A DNA stretch of 63,990 nt, counting the filler, from an uncultured bacterium (lineage in GTDB: Bacteria; CAZSTA01): NCBI GenBank assembly GCA_964609495.1. It is 12 parts of 12 records of this genome, joined end to end, with 100 filler letters (N's around TTAATTAATTAA, not from the genome) between each part and the next. Parts side by side here need not be neighbours in the genome. Positions count along the whole stretch, not along the records: positions 1 to 5,691 come from CAZSTA010000224.1; positions 5,792 to 11,463 come from CAZSTA010000225.1; 10 more parts are not named here. One strand, given 5' to 3'. Positions 1 to 9,319 of this stretch are shown one piece after another (within the stretch, counting starts at the first letter, position 1; each line of letters starts with the position of its first letter). A model generated the notes under the pieces. The model did not search any database and was not told where the DNA came from. It worked only from the letters and a program-made list of their open reading frames with translations. A program made the position numbers and the translations under genes.

Positions 1-218
1 CTCCATCTTCATTATTCCCAATTATGATATCAGTCATTTATAATTCCTCCCTTAAATTTTGCGCTTTATAATCCGACTAAAATAGTAATATATCATTATC
101 AAAAAATTGCTACTACTAAATACTTATCTGTGATAAGCCAAGGTATAAGGAGGGGTAATTACTGAGATTAAGGAGAGGAATTTTGTATCTTCCAAACAAT
201 CCTGTCTTAATTAAACCT

Positions 219-695
219 CTAGGCAGAATCCTTCTTTCTATATCTCTTTTCCTTGAGCCTTTTTATCTCCTCTCCAAAGCTCTCTACATCCTTAAATTGT
301 CGATAAACGGAGGCAAATCTCACGTAGGCAACCTCATCTAATTCCCTCAACCGCTCGACAATCATCTCTCCTATCTCGCGACTTGATATCTCCTTATCCA
401 TTCGACTGCGCAATTCTGCCTCGATCTCACCAACCAAATTATTTATAACTTCTAACGATACTGGTCTCTTCTCACAAGCTTTCAATATACCTGTCCTCAC
501 TTTCTGAGGCTCGAAAAATTCTCTTCTCCCATCCTTTTTTATAACTACTAAGGGGATCTCCTCTAATCGCTCATAGGTGGTAAAGCGACGTCCACATTTA
601 ATACATTCCCTTCGTCGCCTAATTACATTACCATCTTGCGCTGGGCGCGATTCTATAACTCTACTCTCCGGATACTTGCAGAATGGACACCTCAA
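219..695 (-). CDS. nrdR: Transcriptional repressor NrdR
   Basis: MRCPFC..SRVIESR..IRRRRECIKCGRRFTTYE zinc ribbon, ATP-cone, and AYVRFASVYRQF motif. Confidence 0.97.
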   Translation of the reverse strand: MRCPFCKYPESRVIESRPAQDGNVIRRRRECIKCGRRFTTYERLEEIPLVVIKKDGRREFFEPQKVRTGILKACEKRPVSLEVINNLVGEIEAELRSRMDKEISSREIGEMIVERLRELDEVAYVRFASVYRQFKDVESFGEEIKRLKEKRYRKKDSA

Positions 696-736
696 AACTC
701 TTCACCTCAATATTAACATCCCTGATTCGTTTTTTA

Positions 737-788
737 ACACTATATATTGTGCTATTAGTATTGTAGCACTCTATATATTGAGTGTCAA
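737..788 (-). promoter_or_regulatory. sigma70 promoter of nrdR overlapped by two tandem NrdR boxes
   Basis: acactatatattgtgc (737-752) and actctatatattgagt (768-783), 31 bp apart, match the acaCwAtATaTwGtgt consensus. Minus strand reads TTGACA-17bp-TACAAT (788-760). Confidence 0.88.
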
Positions 789-911
789 GCGAAGATAAAG
801 ATCATTATATCAATTTAATCCAGCTAATCACCCTTTATCATCGATTATCACCGATTATCTTAGAATTATTAGTAATTAGATCTATGCCGAAGAAATAATC
901 ACTATTACTAG

Positions 912-945
912 AAAAAATGAGCAGATGAGATATCTCATCTGCTCA
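912..945 (-). terminator. Rho-independent terminator
   Basis: 12-bp perfect stem tgagcagatgag/ctcatctgctca followed by T6 on the minus strand, downstream of the metallophosphoesterase. Confidence 0.8.
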
Positions 946-1015
946 CTATATTCGATATTAAGTTAACTGAGATTCTACCTAGCCTCGGTAGGTTTTATCC
1001 GCCCTTTTTACTAAT

Positions 1016-1504
1016 TTATATCTCCACTATCTCTATCTCCAATGTATCCAGATCAAGGATTCCTACGGTAGCCTTTCCTGATAGGTATCCACTTCCTGCT
1101 CCCGGATTAATAACTAGCCCTTTTCTCCTCTGTATATCAACTTTATGCGTATGCCCATAGATGATAACATCGTATTTCCCACTCTCAGCTAGGATATCTA
1201 TGAAAGTGGGATAATGCATTATAATTATTCTCCTCTTTTCGAGAGTCAATTCGTGGTGCCTCTCGTATATCTCCCCTATTTTAAACTGTTCGAAAGCACT
1301 TCTCAAGCCGAATTTCTCCCCATCGTTATTGCCAAAGACTCCGATCAGCTTACATTCGAGATCTCCGAAGACCCTTGCGGTGAAAGGCGAGACGAAATCA
1401 CCCGCGTGCAATACAACTTCCACCTTAGAAGAGTTAAAGAAATCCACCCCATGCTTGATCTTGCCCAGATTATCATGAGTATCGGATATAATGCCGATCT
1501 TCAC
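1016..1504 (-). CDS. YfcE/MJ0936-family metallophosphoesterase
   Basis: SDTHDN, HAGD, GNND, YGHTH and NPG motifs. Confidence 0.92.
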   Translation of the reverse strand: MKIGIISDTHDNLGKIKHGVDFFNSSKVEVVLHAGDFVSPFTARVFGDLECKLIGVFGNNDGEKFGLRSAFEQFKIGEIYERHHELTLEKRRIIIMHYPTFIDILAESGKYDVIIYGHTHKVDIQRRKGLVINPGAGSGYLSGKATVGILDLDTLEIEIVEI

Positions 1505-1573
1505 GATATACTCCTCCTTAAAGATATATTTATGACCCCCAGCCTCTCAAAATCAATATCTGACCCTCGACAT

Positions 1574-1846
1574 CTATCTTCTTTTATCTCTCCTGCCCTT
1601 TTGGAAGATAGGAAAACTATCCAATACCTTTATAATCGCTCCCCAAACTATCATCCAGAAGATAAGGTATAATACCGTAAGTCCGGGATCGAAACCAGGA
1701 AGATTCGCGGCCTCCCCCTCTTCCCCTTGACCTTGCTCTTCTGTCACTTGTCCTCCTGCTGGCACTTCTTCCTGAGCAAAGGCTGGAGCTACCATAGGCA
1801 AACAGAGAACTATTAACGCTAAACATACCGATATCTTTAACAACAT
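1574..1846 (-). CDS. Small exported/membrane hypothetical protein
   Basis: Signal peptide (AFA|Q), acidic linker, C-terminal TM helix and basic tail. Confidence 0.6.
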   Translation of the reverse strand: MLLKISVCLALIVLCLPMVAPAFAQEEVPAGGQVTEEQGQGEEGEAANLPGFDPGLTVLYLIFWMIVWGAIIKVLDSFPIFQKGRRDKRR

Positions 1847-1925
1847 CTAAAGCCCCCAAAGATTCAAGGTATCACCATTATATATTTTACTCTATTTTAG
1901 AAGAAATTGCAAGGGGAGGAGTCCT

Positions 1926-3245
1926 CTATTCGGGATAAACCTCGCGTCTATCAATAACTCTCTTTGCCTTTCCAGTGCTCCTCTCAATCGTTCTCGGCTC
2001 GACTAACTTTATCTTAGTGGACAACCCTAGAATATCTCTCATCCTATTAGTTATCGTCTTCTCCAAAGCTCTGAGCCTCTTCATTTCGTCAAAGAAGATG
2101 CTCTCGGAAACCTCCACCCATATCTCTATATCATCCAAAGCTCCTTTCTGCCGATCAACTATGATCTGATAATGAGGTTCAGTATCATCTATCTCTAAAA
2201 GGACATGCTCGATCTGAGAGGGGAAGATATTCACTCCTCTAACGATGAGCATATCGTCCGTTCTTCCCCTAACTCGTTCCATCCTTATCAGAGTTCTTCC
2301 GCAAGGACAAGGCTCATCGTTTAGACTGGATATATCCCTAGTTCGATAGCGAATAACCGGGAAGGCCTCCTTAGTCAAAGTGGTGAAGACAAGCTCTCCT
2401 CTCTCTCCGATAGGCAAAGCCTCACCAGTTTCAGGATCGATGACCTCCGCGATGAAATGATCTTCAAAGATGTGATGACCATTTCTCTCTAAGCATTCTC
2501 CAGCCACCCCAGGGCCAATCACTTCGCTTAATCCATAGTTATCCGTAGCTGTTATTCCTAACTTAGACTCGATCTCTTTTCTCATACTCTCCGACCATGG
2601 TTCAGCCCCAAATAATCCGTGTTTGAGCTTGAGATCTCCACGCGAAACCCCCATCTCTTCCGCCAATTCCAATAAATATAGCGCATAGGAAGGAGTGCAA
2701 ACCAAAGCGGTAGTGCCAAAATCCTGCATTACCATAATCTGTCTTCGGGCATTGCCGCTGGAGATAGGGATAACTGTCGCTCCGATCTTCTCCGCTCCAT
2801 AATGCAAGCCAAAGCTTCCCGTGAAGAGACCATAACCAAAGGCGTTCTGTATCACATCCTCATCGGTCACTCCTCCGGCGATCAGGAATCTAGCTACTAA
2901 CTCGCTCCAAGTCTCAAGATCATTCTTCGTATATCCAACCACAGTTGGCTTACCAGTTGTCCCCGAGGAGGAATGGATACGCACGACCTCCTTTAAAGGC
3001 ACGGCAAACATTCCAAAAGGATAATTCTCTCTCAAATCATCCTTGGTGGTAAAGGGGAGTAGAGTTAAATCATCAAGAGTCTTTATATCCTCTGGCTTCA
3101 CCCCTGCCTCATCGAAAGCCTTGGTATAATGAGGGACTCTCTCATAAACTCGTTTGACAGTCTCTTTCAACCTCTCAAGTTGAAGTTCACGAAGTTCCTC
3201 CCGCGGCATGCACTCATACTTTTCGTCCCAGATCATATCTGTCAT
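1926..3245 (-). CDS. paaK: Phenylacetate-CoA ligase
   Basis: [21 protein letters not shown] and [13 protein letters not shown] motifs. Confidence 0.92.
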   Translation of the reverse strand: MTDMIWDEKYECMPREELRELQLERLKETVKRVYERVPHYTKAFDEAGVKPEDIKTLDDLTLLPFTTKDDLRENYPFGMFAVPLKEVVRIHSSSGTTGKPTVVGYTKNDLETWSELVARFLIAGGVTDEDVIQNAFGYGLFTGSFGLHYGAEKIGATVIPISSGNARRQIMVMQDFGTTALVCTPSYALYLLELAEEMGVSRGDLKLKHGLFGAEPWSESMRKEIESKLGITATDNYGLSEVIGPGVAGECLERNGHHIFEDHFIAEVIDPETGEALPIGERGELVFTTLTKEAFPVIRYRTRDISSLNDEPCPCGRTLIRMERVRGRTDDMLIVRGVNIFPSQIEHVLLEIDDTEPHYQIIVDRQKGALDDIEIWVEVSESIFFDEMKRLRALEKTITNRMRDILGLSTKIKLVEPRTIERSTGKAKRVIDRREVYPE

Positions 3246-3254
3246 CTCCTAAAT

Positions 3255-4568
3255 CTATTGATTAATCCCTTTCCCTCTTAAATCTATGACCCTCTTTACC
3301 TTTCCTCTCGCCCGTTCCATAGTTCTCGGCTCGACTAATTTCACTTTAGGAGCAATACTCAATACATTCTGCATACGTTCTATGATCTTACGTTCTAGTT
3401 CTTGTAACTTCTTTATCTCATCGAAGAAGTTCAATTGAGCTACCTCTATCCATATCTCCAACTCATCCAAAGCACCTTTTCTATCAACTACTACCTGATA
3501 GTGCGGTGTGGTCTCCTCGATCTCCGACAGAACGCTCTCGATCTCGGAGGGGAAGACATTAACTCCGTTAATGATAAACATATCATCAGTTCGACCAGTT
3601 ACCCTCGACATCCTAATAGTGGTTCGACCACAGGGGCAGATATCTCTATTAAGAGAGGCGATATCTCCCGTTCGATATCTGATCAGAGGAAAAGCCTCTT
3701 TAGTAAGGGTGGTTAAAACTAACTCGCCCGTCTCACCATAAGGGAGTAATTCACCACTATTGGGATCGATCATCTCAGGGAGGAAATGATCCTCCGCGAT
3801 GTGCAATCCGTTTCTCTCTTCGCACTCTCCTGCTATCCCAGGACCAATTATCTCCGTCAAACCATAATTATCCGTGGCTCTGATCTTCAATCTCTCCTCT
3901 ATCTCTTTTCGCACCTCCTCCCCCCAAGGTTCCGCTCCGAATAATCCTAACCTGAGAGCTAAATCCTCGCGTTTGATATCCATATCCTCAAGAGTCTCGG
4001 CTATATGCAGTCCGTAGAAGGGGGTGCAGATCAAGACGGTCGTCCTGCAATTGCGCATGATCATAATCTGCTTCTCTGCGCTGACCGAGGAGCTAGGGAT
4101 AACAGATGCTCCCACCTTCTCCGCTCCGTAGTGGAATCCTAAGCCTCCTGTAAAGAGGCCATATTCGAAGGCTATCTGAACGATGTCATCTTTGGTAACT
4201 CCTGCGGCTACCAGAACCCTGGCGACCATCTCCGTCCAATGTTGGACATCATTCTCCGTATAGCCCACTATTACCGGTTCTCCCTTAGTTCCCGAGGTGG
4301 TTTGAATCCTCACCACGTCTCGCAGAGGAAGCGCGAACATTCCATAAGGATAGTTATCGAAGAGGATACTTTTGCTCGTAAAGGGGATCCTAATTATATC
4401 CTCCAAAGAAGTTATATCCTCCGGGCCCACCCCTGCCTCATCGAACAGATGTCTATAGGAAGGAACGTTCTTATACACTCTATTCAAGATGGCTTGCAAT
4501 CTCTCTAACTGAAGTTGCTTCAATTCCTCTCTATCCATAGTTTCGTATATCTTATTCCAGATAGCCAT
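3255..4568 (-). CDS. paaK: Phenylacetate-CoA ligase family paralog
   Basis: TTSGTKG, YGLTE, RYRTGD and GRTDDM motifs; tandem paralog of the downstream gene. Confidence 0.88.
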   Translation of the reverse strand: MAIWNKIYETMDREELKQLQLERLQAILNRVYKNVPSYRHLFDEAGVGPEDITSLEDIIRIPFTSKSILFDNYPYGMFALPLRDVVRIQTTSGTKGEPVIVGYTENDVQHWTEMVARVLVAAGVTKDDIVQIAFEYGLFTGGLGFHYGAEKVGASVIPSSSVSAEKQIMIMRNCRTTVLICTPFYGLHIAETLEDMDIKREDLALRLGLFGAEPWGEEVRKEIEERLKIRATDNYGLTEIIGPGIAGECEERNGLHIAEDHFLPEMIDPNSGELLPYGETGELVLTTLTKEAFPLIRYRTGDIASLNRDICPCGRTTIRMSRVTGRTDDMFIINGVNVFPSEIESVLSEIEETTPHYQVVVDRKGALDELEIWIEVAQLNFFDEIKKLQELERKIIERMQNVLSIAPKVKLVEPRTMERARGKVKRVIDLRGKGINQ

Positions 4569-4643
4569 TTTGAATGAGTTTACAAAGCTTGTAGAACAAG
4601 CTTTGAAGGCTGCCTTTCTTCAGCCCACTCTATCATCACTTTA

Positions 4644-4833
4644 AAGGAAACTTTTTAATTCTGGTAACTTTCTAACCTTATATATTTTGGAAGCGAAAGT
4701 TACCAGAACACTTGAAGCTCTATTTGTATAAGAGGGGTTGAAAAGGTAACTTTTTTAACCGTGAGTTCTATTTGAGGCAAAAAGTTACCTTTTAGGGAAG
4801 AATTTCTCCCCAATTGCCGGCAAAAGTTTCCTT
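4644..4833. mobile_element. Composite palindromic MITE (TIR AAGGAAACTTTT, TA flanks) with nested internal units
   Basis: TA|aaggaaactttt...aaaagtttcctt|TA, with two internal GGTAACTTT...AAAGTTACC hairpin units. Confidence 0.75.
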
Positions 4834-5567
4834 TACTCCCACACTTCCTTATATTCTCGCCCTAAATAGGCTCGTCTAACCTCTTTATTCTCTAATAGCT
4901 CCTTCGCATCTCCTTGCAAGACCACTCTTCCTGTCTCTAGGACGTATCCCCTGTCAGCGATAGCTAGAGATTGTTTAGCATTCTGCTCGACTAAGAGGAT
5001 AGTTGTCCCCCGCTCCCTGAGTTCCTTTAAACTCTCGAAGATACTTCTGGTCAAGATGGGAGCTAAACCTACAGAAGGCTCGTCTAATAGAAGGAGTTTA
5101 GGGTGAGCCATTAGCGCTCTTCCTATAGCCAACATCTGTTGCTCCCCTCCACTCAAGGTGCCAGCCAATTGGTCAACCTTCTTCTCCAGCACTGGGAAGA
5201 GGGAGAAGACATAAGAAATATCACTATCTATATCCTCTCTATGATCCCTCCTATAGCGAAGATACGCCCCTAAGAATAGGTTATCCATAACCTTGAGGGA
5301 ACCGAATATCTGACGACCCTCTGGCACCTGACATATCCCCATCTTCACTATTCTATCCGGAGGAGCATTGCTTATCTTCTTCTCCTTAAACAATATCTCC
5401 CCTTTAGCACAGGGAATTAATCCGGAGATAGTATTCAAAGTAGTAGTCTTTCCAGCACCATTAGCTCCAATGAGGGTAACGATCTCCCCTTCATTAACGT
5501 GTAGAGAGACATTTTTCAACGCTTGAACTCGACCATAATAGGTAGAGACGCTTTGCATTCTAAGCAT
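4833..5567 (-). CDS. livF: Branched-chain amino acid ABC transporter ATP-binding protein
   Basis: GANGAGKTT, VPEGRQIF, LSGGEQQMLAIGRALM and LLVEQN motifs. Confidence 0.93.
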   Translation of the reverse strand: MLRMQSVSTYYGRVQALKNVSLHVNEGEIVTLIGANGAGKTTTLNTISGLIPCAKGEILFKEKKISNAPPDRIVKMGICQVPEGRQIFGSLKVMDNLFLGAYLRYRRDHREDIDSDISYVFSLFPVLEKKVDQLAGTLSGGEQQMLAIGRALMAHPKLLLLDEPSVGLAPILTRSIFESLKELRERGTTILLVEQNAKQSLAIADRGYVLETGRVVLQGDAKELLENKEVRRAYLGREYKEVWE

Positions 5568-5586
5568 CTTCTCTCAGCCCCTTTTA

Positions 5587-5691
5587 AGGGAAACTTTTTA
5601 ATTCTGGTAACTTTCTAACCTTATATATTTTTGTCTGCGAAAGTTACCAGAACACTTGAAGCTCTATTTGTATAAGAGGGGTTGAAAAGGT
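5587..5691. mobile_element. Second copy of the composite MITE, truncated by the contig end
   Basis: Near-identical to 4644-4747 in direct orientation. Confidence 0.75.
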
Positions 5692-5791
5692 NNNNNNNNN
5701 NNNNNNNNNNNNNNNNNNNNNNNNNNNNNNNNNNNTTAATTAATTAANNNNNNNNNNNNNNNNNNNNNNNNNNNNNNNNNNNNNNNNNNNN
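5692..5791. other. Artificial contig linker (first of 11)
   Basis: N44-TTAATTAATTAA-N44. Others at 11464-11563, 17189-17288, 22853-22952, 28513-28612, 34095-34194, 39615-39714, 45055-45154, 50494-50593, 55830-55929, 61003-61102. Confidence 0.99.
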
Positions 5792-5863
5792 GGGGGGGTT
5801 ATAACTCGATCTGAAATCATTTTGATCCCCGATTCTATATGCATCCCGGTGAGGCGATTCAAC

Positions 5864-5892
5864 TTTACAGAATCCCCAAATTATGATATAAT
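5864..5892 (+). promoter_or_regulatory. sigma70 promoter (extended -10) of the GH57 gene
   Basis: TTTACA-17bp-TATAAT with a TG extension. Confidence 0.7.
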
Positions 5893-5991
5893 CAAACAAG
5901 AGAAATATTTATAGCTCTCTTCTCGAGAGAAGGAAGATCAGAAATCCGTGAGATTATTGACTATGTTAATAAATATTTAAGGAGGTTTGTT

Positions 5992-7689
5992 ATGCCAGTT
6001 GGTTCTTTTACTTTCGTTCTACATAGTCACCTTCCCTATTGTCGAAAGGCGGGGATATGGCCTTTTGGAGAGGAGTGGTTACACGAAGCCTTGAGTGAGA
6101 CCTATATACCTCTTCTCAATGCGCTTTATGATCTAGTGGGCGAGGGAGTTAAACCTTATTTAACTTTAGGATTGACTCCCGTATTGGTCGAGCAGTTAAG
6201 TGATGCTTATCTATTGGAGAAATTCACCAAGTATGTGGAAACTAAATTGGAGAATTGTGCTGAGGATATCAAAAGATATTCTGGAGAGGATGAGGAGAGA
6301 GCGGCTTTAGCCCATTTCTACCAGGAGTGGTATGCTAAGATATTGCACTCCTTCCAGGATAGATTCGGAGGGGATATAGTAAAAGCCTTTCGCGATCTTC
6401 AGGAGGGAGGATATATCGAGATAATCACCTCCGCCGCTACCCATGGCTATCTTCCCCTTCTGGGGCGTGATTCCTCGATCTACTTTCAGATTAAGACCGC
6501 GGTAGATTCCTACAAGAGACATTTCGGTCGTCAACCTAGGGGTATCTGGCTTCCTGAGTGCGCCTATCGTCCGGGGTATGAATGGGTATCTCCGGTCGAT
6601 GAGGAAGCCAAACCAGTATTTAGACCAGGGATAGATAAGTTCTTGATCGAGAATAAATTGGAGTACTTCATAGTTGATACCCATACCCTGGAAGGAGGGG
6701 CAACTCTAGGGGTTTATGCGGCTCGTTTCCCCGCTCTAAATAGATTATGGAAACAGTTTGATAAAGAATATGTTGAGATTAAAACCAAGGAAACTAAGAC
6801 TACCTACCGTCCCTATCTGCTGAGATACAATCAGGATTTCGTCTCCATCTTTGGGCGTAACGAGAGGAGCGGACTGCAAGTTTGGTCAGCGGAATGGGGA
6901 TATCCGGGAGATGGTTGGTATCGAGAGTTTCATAAGAAGGATCTCAATACTGGTTTACAATATTGGCGAGTCACCTCTAGCGATGCAGATCTTGGCTCTA
7001 AGGAATTGTATAATCCGCAGATAGCTATGGAGAGGGTGGAGGATAACTCCAATCACTTTGTATCGTTGATGAAAGAATTACTGGCTGATTACAGCTCTAA
7101 ATCGGTGGAGCCAGGGATAGTTGTTGCCCCTTATGATGCGGAGTTGTATGGGCATTGGTGGTTTGAGGGGGTGGAGTGGATCAAACGAGTTCTGCGCAAG
7201 ATGGATAAAGATCCCGATATAGAGCTAACGACCGGGGGACGATATCTCGATAAATATCCTGCTACTGTGGTCGTCAGCCTTCCCGAAAGCTCCTGGGGAA
7301 AGGGAGGATATCACTTTATATGGCTTAATCCCGATAACGAATGGATATGGGCCTATGTCTATCGCGCTGAGGAGAGGATGGAGGGATTCGCTACTAAGTA
7401 TAAAGATACCGATGATGGAGATCTCAAGCGAGTCCTCAATCAGGCGGCACGCGAGTTACTGCTTATGGAGAGTAGCGATTGGCCCTTCTTAATATCCACT
7501 GGTCAAGCTAGGGATTATTCAGCTCAACGTTTCACTGAGCATAAGGATAAGTTTGAGCATATAGTGAAGCATATCGAAAGCGGAGATCTCAACGAGAATT
7601 TCTGGAGATGGTTAGGTGAGATCGAGGAGCAGGATAATATCTTCCCAGATATAGATTATAGAAACTACAGGGGAGATGAGGAAAGCTAG
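5992..7689 (+). CDS. GH57 1,4-alpha-glucan branching enzyme (DUF1957)
   Basis: VLHSHLPY, GEEWLHEA, ATHGYLP, GIWLPECAY, PYDAELYGHWWFEG and ESSDWPF motifs. Confidence 0.93.
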   Translation: MPVGSFTFVLHSHLPYCRKAGIWPFGEEWLHEALSETYIPLLNALYDLVGEGVKPYLTLGLTPVLVEQLSDAYLLEKFTKYVETKLENCAEDIKRYSGEDEERAALAHFYQEWYAKILHSFQDRFGGDIVKAFRDLQEGGYIEIITSAATHGYLPLLGRDSSIYFQIKTAVDSYKRHFGRQPRGIWLPECAYRPGYEWVSPVDEEAKPVFRPGIDKFLIENKLEYFIVDTHTLEGGATLGVYAARFPALNRLWKQFDKEYVEIKTKETKTTYRPYLLRYNQDFVSIFGRNERSGLQVWSAEWGYPGDGWYREFHKKDLNTGLQYWRVTSSDADLGSKELYNPQIAMERVEDNSNHFVSLMKELLADYSSKSVEPGIVVAPYDAELYGHWWFEGVEWIKRVLRKMDKDPDIELTTGGRYLDKYPATVVVSLPESSWGKGGYHFIWLNPDNEWIWAYVYRAEERMEGFATKYKDTDDGDLKRVLNQAARELLLMESSDWPFLISTGQARDYSAQRFTEHKDKFEHIVKHIESGDLNENFWRWLGEIEEQDNIFPDIDYRNYRGDEES

Positions 7690-7736
7690 ATCGCATAGCG
7701 TCGAGTGTTTACACCTGACATCAAACTTTGCTGATA

Positions 7737-7783
7737 AAGGAAACTTTTGCAGGCAACAGAACTCAAGGTTCAAAAGTTTCCTT
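7737..7783. mobile_element. 47-bp monomer MITE/palindromic repeat
   Basis: aaggaaactttt-23nt-aaaagtttcctt; reverse-complement match to 45178-45224. Confidence 0.75.
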
Positions 7784-7851
7784 CTTGGTCTTTGAGCAGA
7801 TAATCGGAGTATCATATTCTCAGTTCTTCGTTAGGGAGTTAAAGACTAATT

Positions 7852-7950
7852 CTCCATCACCCTATCCCTCTCCCACGAGGGGAGAGGGAACATTGGGATA
7901 AGCTTGCTCTCTTTAGTTTCCCCTCCCTTGAGGGGGATTTAAGGAGAGTT
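7852..7950. repeat. BoxC-like CCCTCACCCTATCCCTCTCCC...GGGAGAGGG palindromic repeat
   Basis: Same motif at 30186-30224 and 58853-58962; partial copies at contig starts 45155 and 50594. Confidence 0.75.
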
Positions 7951-8024
7951 CGAGATCTAACAGGAGAAAAACCTTCAATAGTCCTATTAATTCGGTAAAG
8001 ACCAATAAAATAAGGCTCTGAAAT

Positions 8025-8945
8025 ATGCGCGTTCTAACTGCTCTAATTTCGGTTTTGATAATATCTTTAAGCATTATTAATTTGGTTTCTGGGGAGGAAC
8101 TCGACAAGGATACTCTCTTCTCTCACTATGATTACGATCGCCATCAACCTTTGGAGGCGACCGAGGCGCTTATCTATGAAACAGCCCTCTTCCAGGAGTA
8201 TAAGATCACCTATCATAGTGTAAATGATGAGATAGTCCCTGCTCTGCTTACCATCCCTAGGAAAGGTCAGAAGCCCTATCCAGTGATCCTGTTCCTTCAT
8301 GGCCATGGGGGAAGCAAGGGCGACATAGCCGATTTTATCGAGCCTATGTCCAACTATGGTTATGCTATAGCGTCTTATGACGCCCAGTATCATGGAGAGA
8401 GAGCTCAGTTCGGTAAGGAGATATACTCAACTGATTTAGAGGCAGATAAAGAAGCGATAATTCAGACTATTATAGATGGACGGCGAGCGATCGATTATCT
8501 GGAGACCAGAGAGGATATAGACTCCGAGCGCATCGCTATGGTAGGCGGAAGTATGGGAGCTATACTAGGTTGCGTTCTGGCAGGGGTGGATGATCGGATC
8601 AAGGTTCCAATTCTCGTTGTCGGCGGAGGGGATATGCCCTTGATGATCGAGACGAGTGAGATGAGCGAGATGAGAGTGATAAGGGAGAGTCTTGACCTAA
8701 GCTATGAGGAACTTAGGGAGATGACCGAAGAGATCGATCCTATCAACTTCGTCAAATATATCTCTCCTCGTCCTCTACAGATGCATAATGGACTCCACGA
8801 TAAGATAGTTCCCACCGAGAGCAATCGCCTTCTTTTCGAGGCAGCTAAAGAGCCTAAGAAGATCTATTGGTATGATGCGGGGCATGATCTGCCTCTGGAG
8901 TATGTCTTTGTTCGAGTGTTGATGTGGTTACAACGATATCTTTAG
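8025..8945 (+). CDS. Secreted alpha/beta hydrolase (esterase/peptidase)
   Basis: Signal peptide, LHGHGG, nucleophile elbow GGSMG, and D..H triad residues (HDKIV, AGHDL). Confidence 0.85.
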   Translation: MRVLTALISVLIISLSIINLVSGEELDKDTLFSHYDYDRHQPLEATEALIYETALFQEYKITYHSVNDEIVPALLTIPRKGQKPYPVILFLHGHGGSKGDIADFIEPMSNYGYAIASYDAQYHGERAQFGKEIYSTDLEADKEAIIQTIIDGRRAIDYLETREDIDSERIAMVGGSMGAILGCVLAGVDDRIKVPILVVGGGDMPLMIETSEMSEMRVIRESLDLSYEELREMTEEIDPINFVKYISPRPLQMHNGLHDKIVPTESNRLLFEAAKEPKKIYWYDAGHDLPLEYVFVRVLMWLQRYL

Positions 8946-8967
8946 TCGAGTTTGAAAATCAGAGGGA

Positions 8968-9268
8968 GTCAACAACCTCTACTGATTGAAAATCAGTAGG
9001 GGCTTGCGAGAGCAAGCCCTGGTTGACTAGGAGGCACTGATATGGTGCAGAAGTTAGCGAAGAGAGATCACATACATACCCTAGAATACTCCTCTCGTTC
9101 TAGGCTCTATGGCTTGTTATTAAACAGTTCTGAGGGTAGGAACAGTGTGACAGGCTTAAAAACCTTCGCTAACAACTCCGAAGAGGCTCTAACCCACCAT
9201 TAGGTGGAGGAACACTTTATATTAGTGTTCAAAACTCAATCAGTCGGGGTCTTCGTGCCTGATTTAAG
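8968..9268 (+). ncRNA. Standalone HEARO/omegaRNA (non-autonomous IscB-type IS200/IS605 element)
   Basis: GTCAAC-hairpin-GGCTTGC/GCAAGCC-GTTGACTAG, then GCAGAAGTT...CCTAGAA-TACTCCTCTCG-TTCTAGG-CTCT...TTAAACAG...CAGTG...AACAACTCCGAAGAGG. The end fragment is followed by ATGA. No IscB ORF. Confidence 0.8.
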
Positions 9269-9319
9269 ATGATAGGGTGATGAGCTAATGATTGGTAGAT
9301 CGGGAAGAGGAGACAAGAA

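Noticed and set aside
9041-9204. Short ORF MVQKLAKRDHIHT... behind GGAGG within the omegaRNA
   Set aside because: It overlaps the structured RNA scaffold and lacks PLMP, RuvC or HNH motifs, so there is no evidence it is translated.
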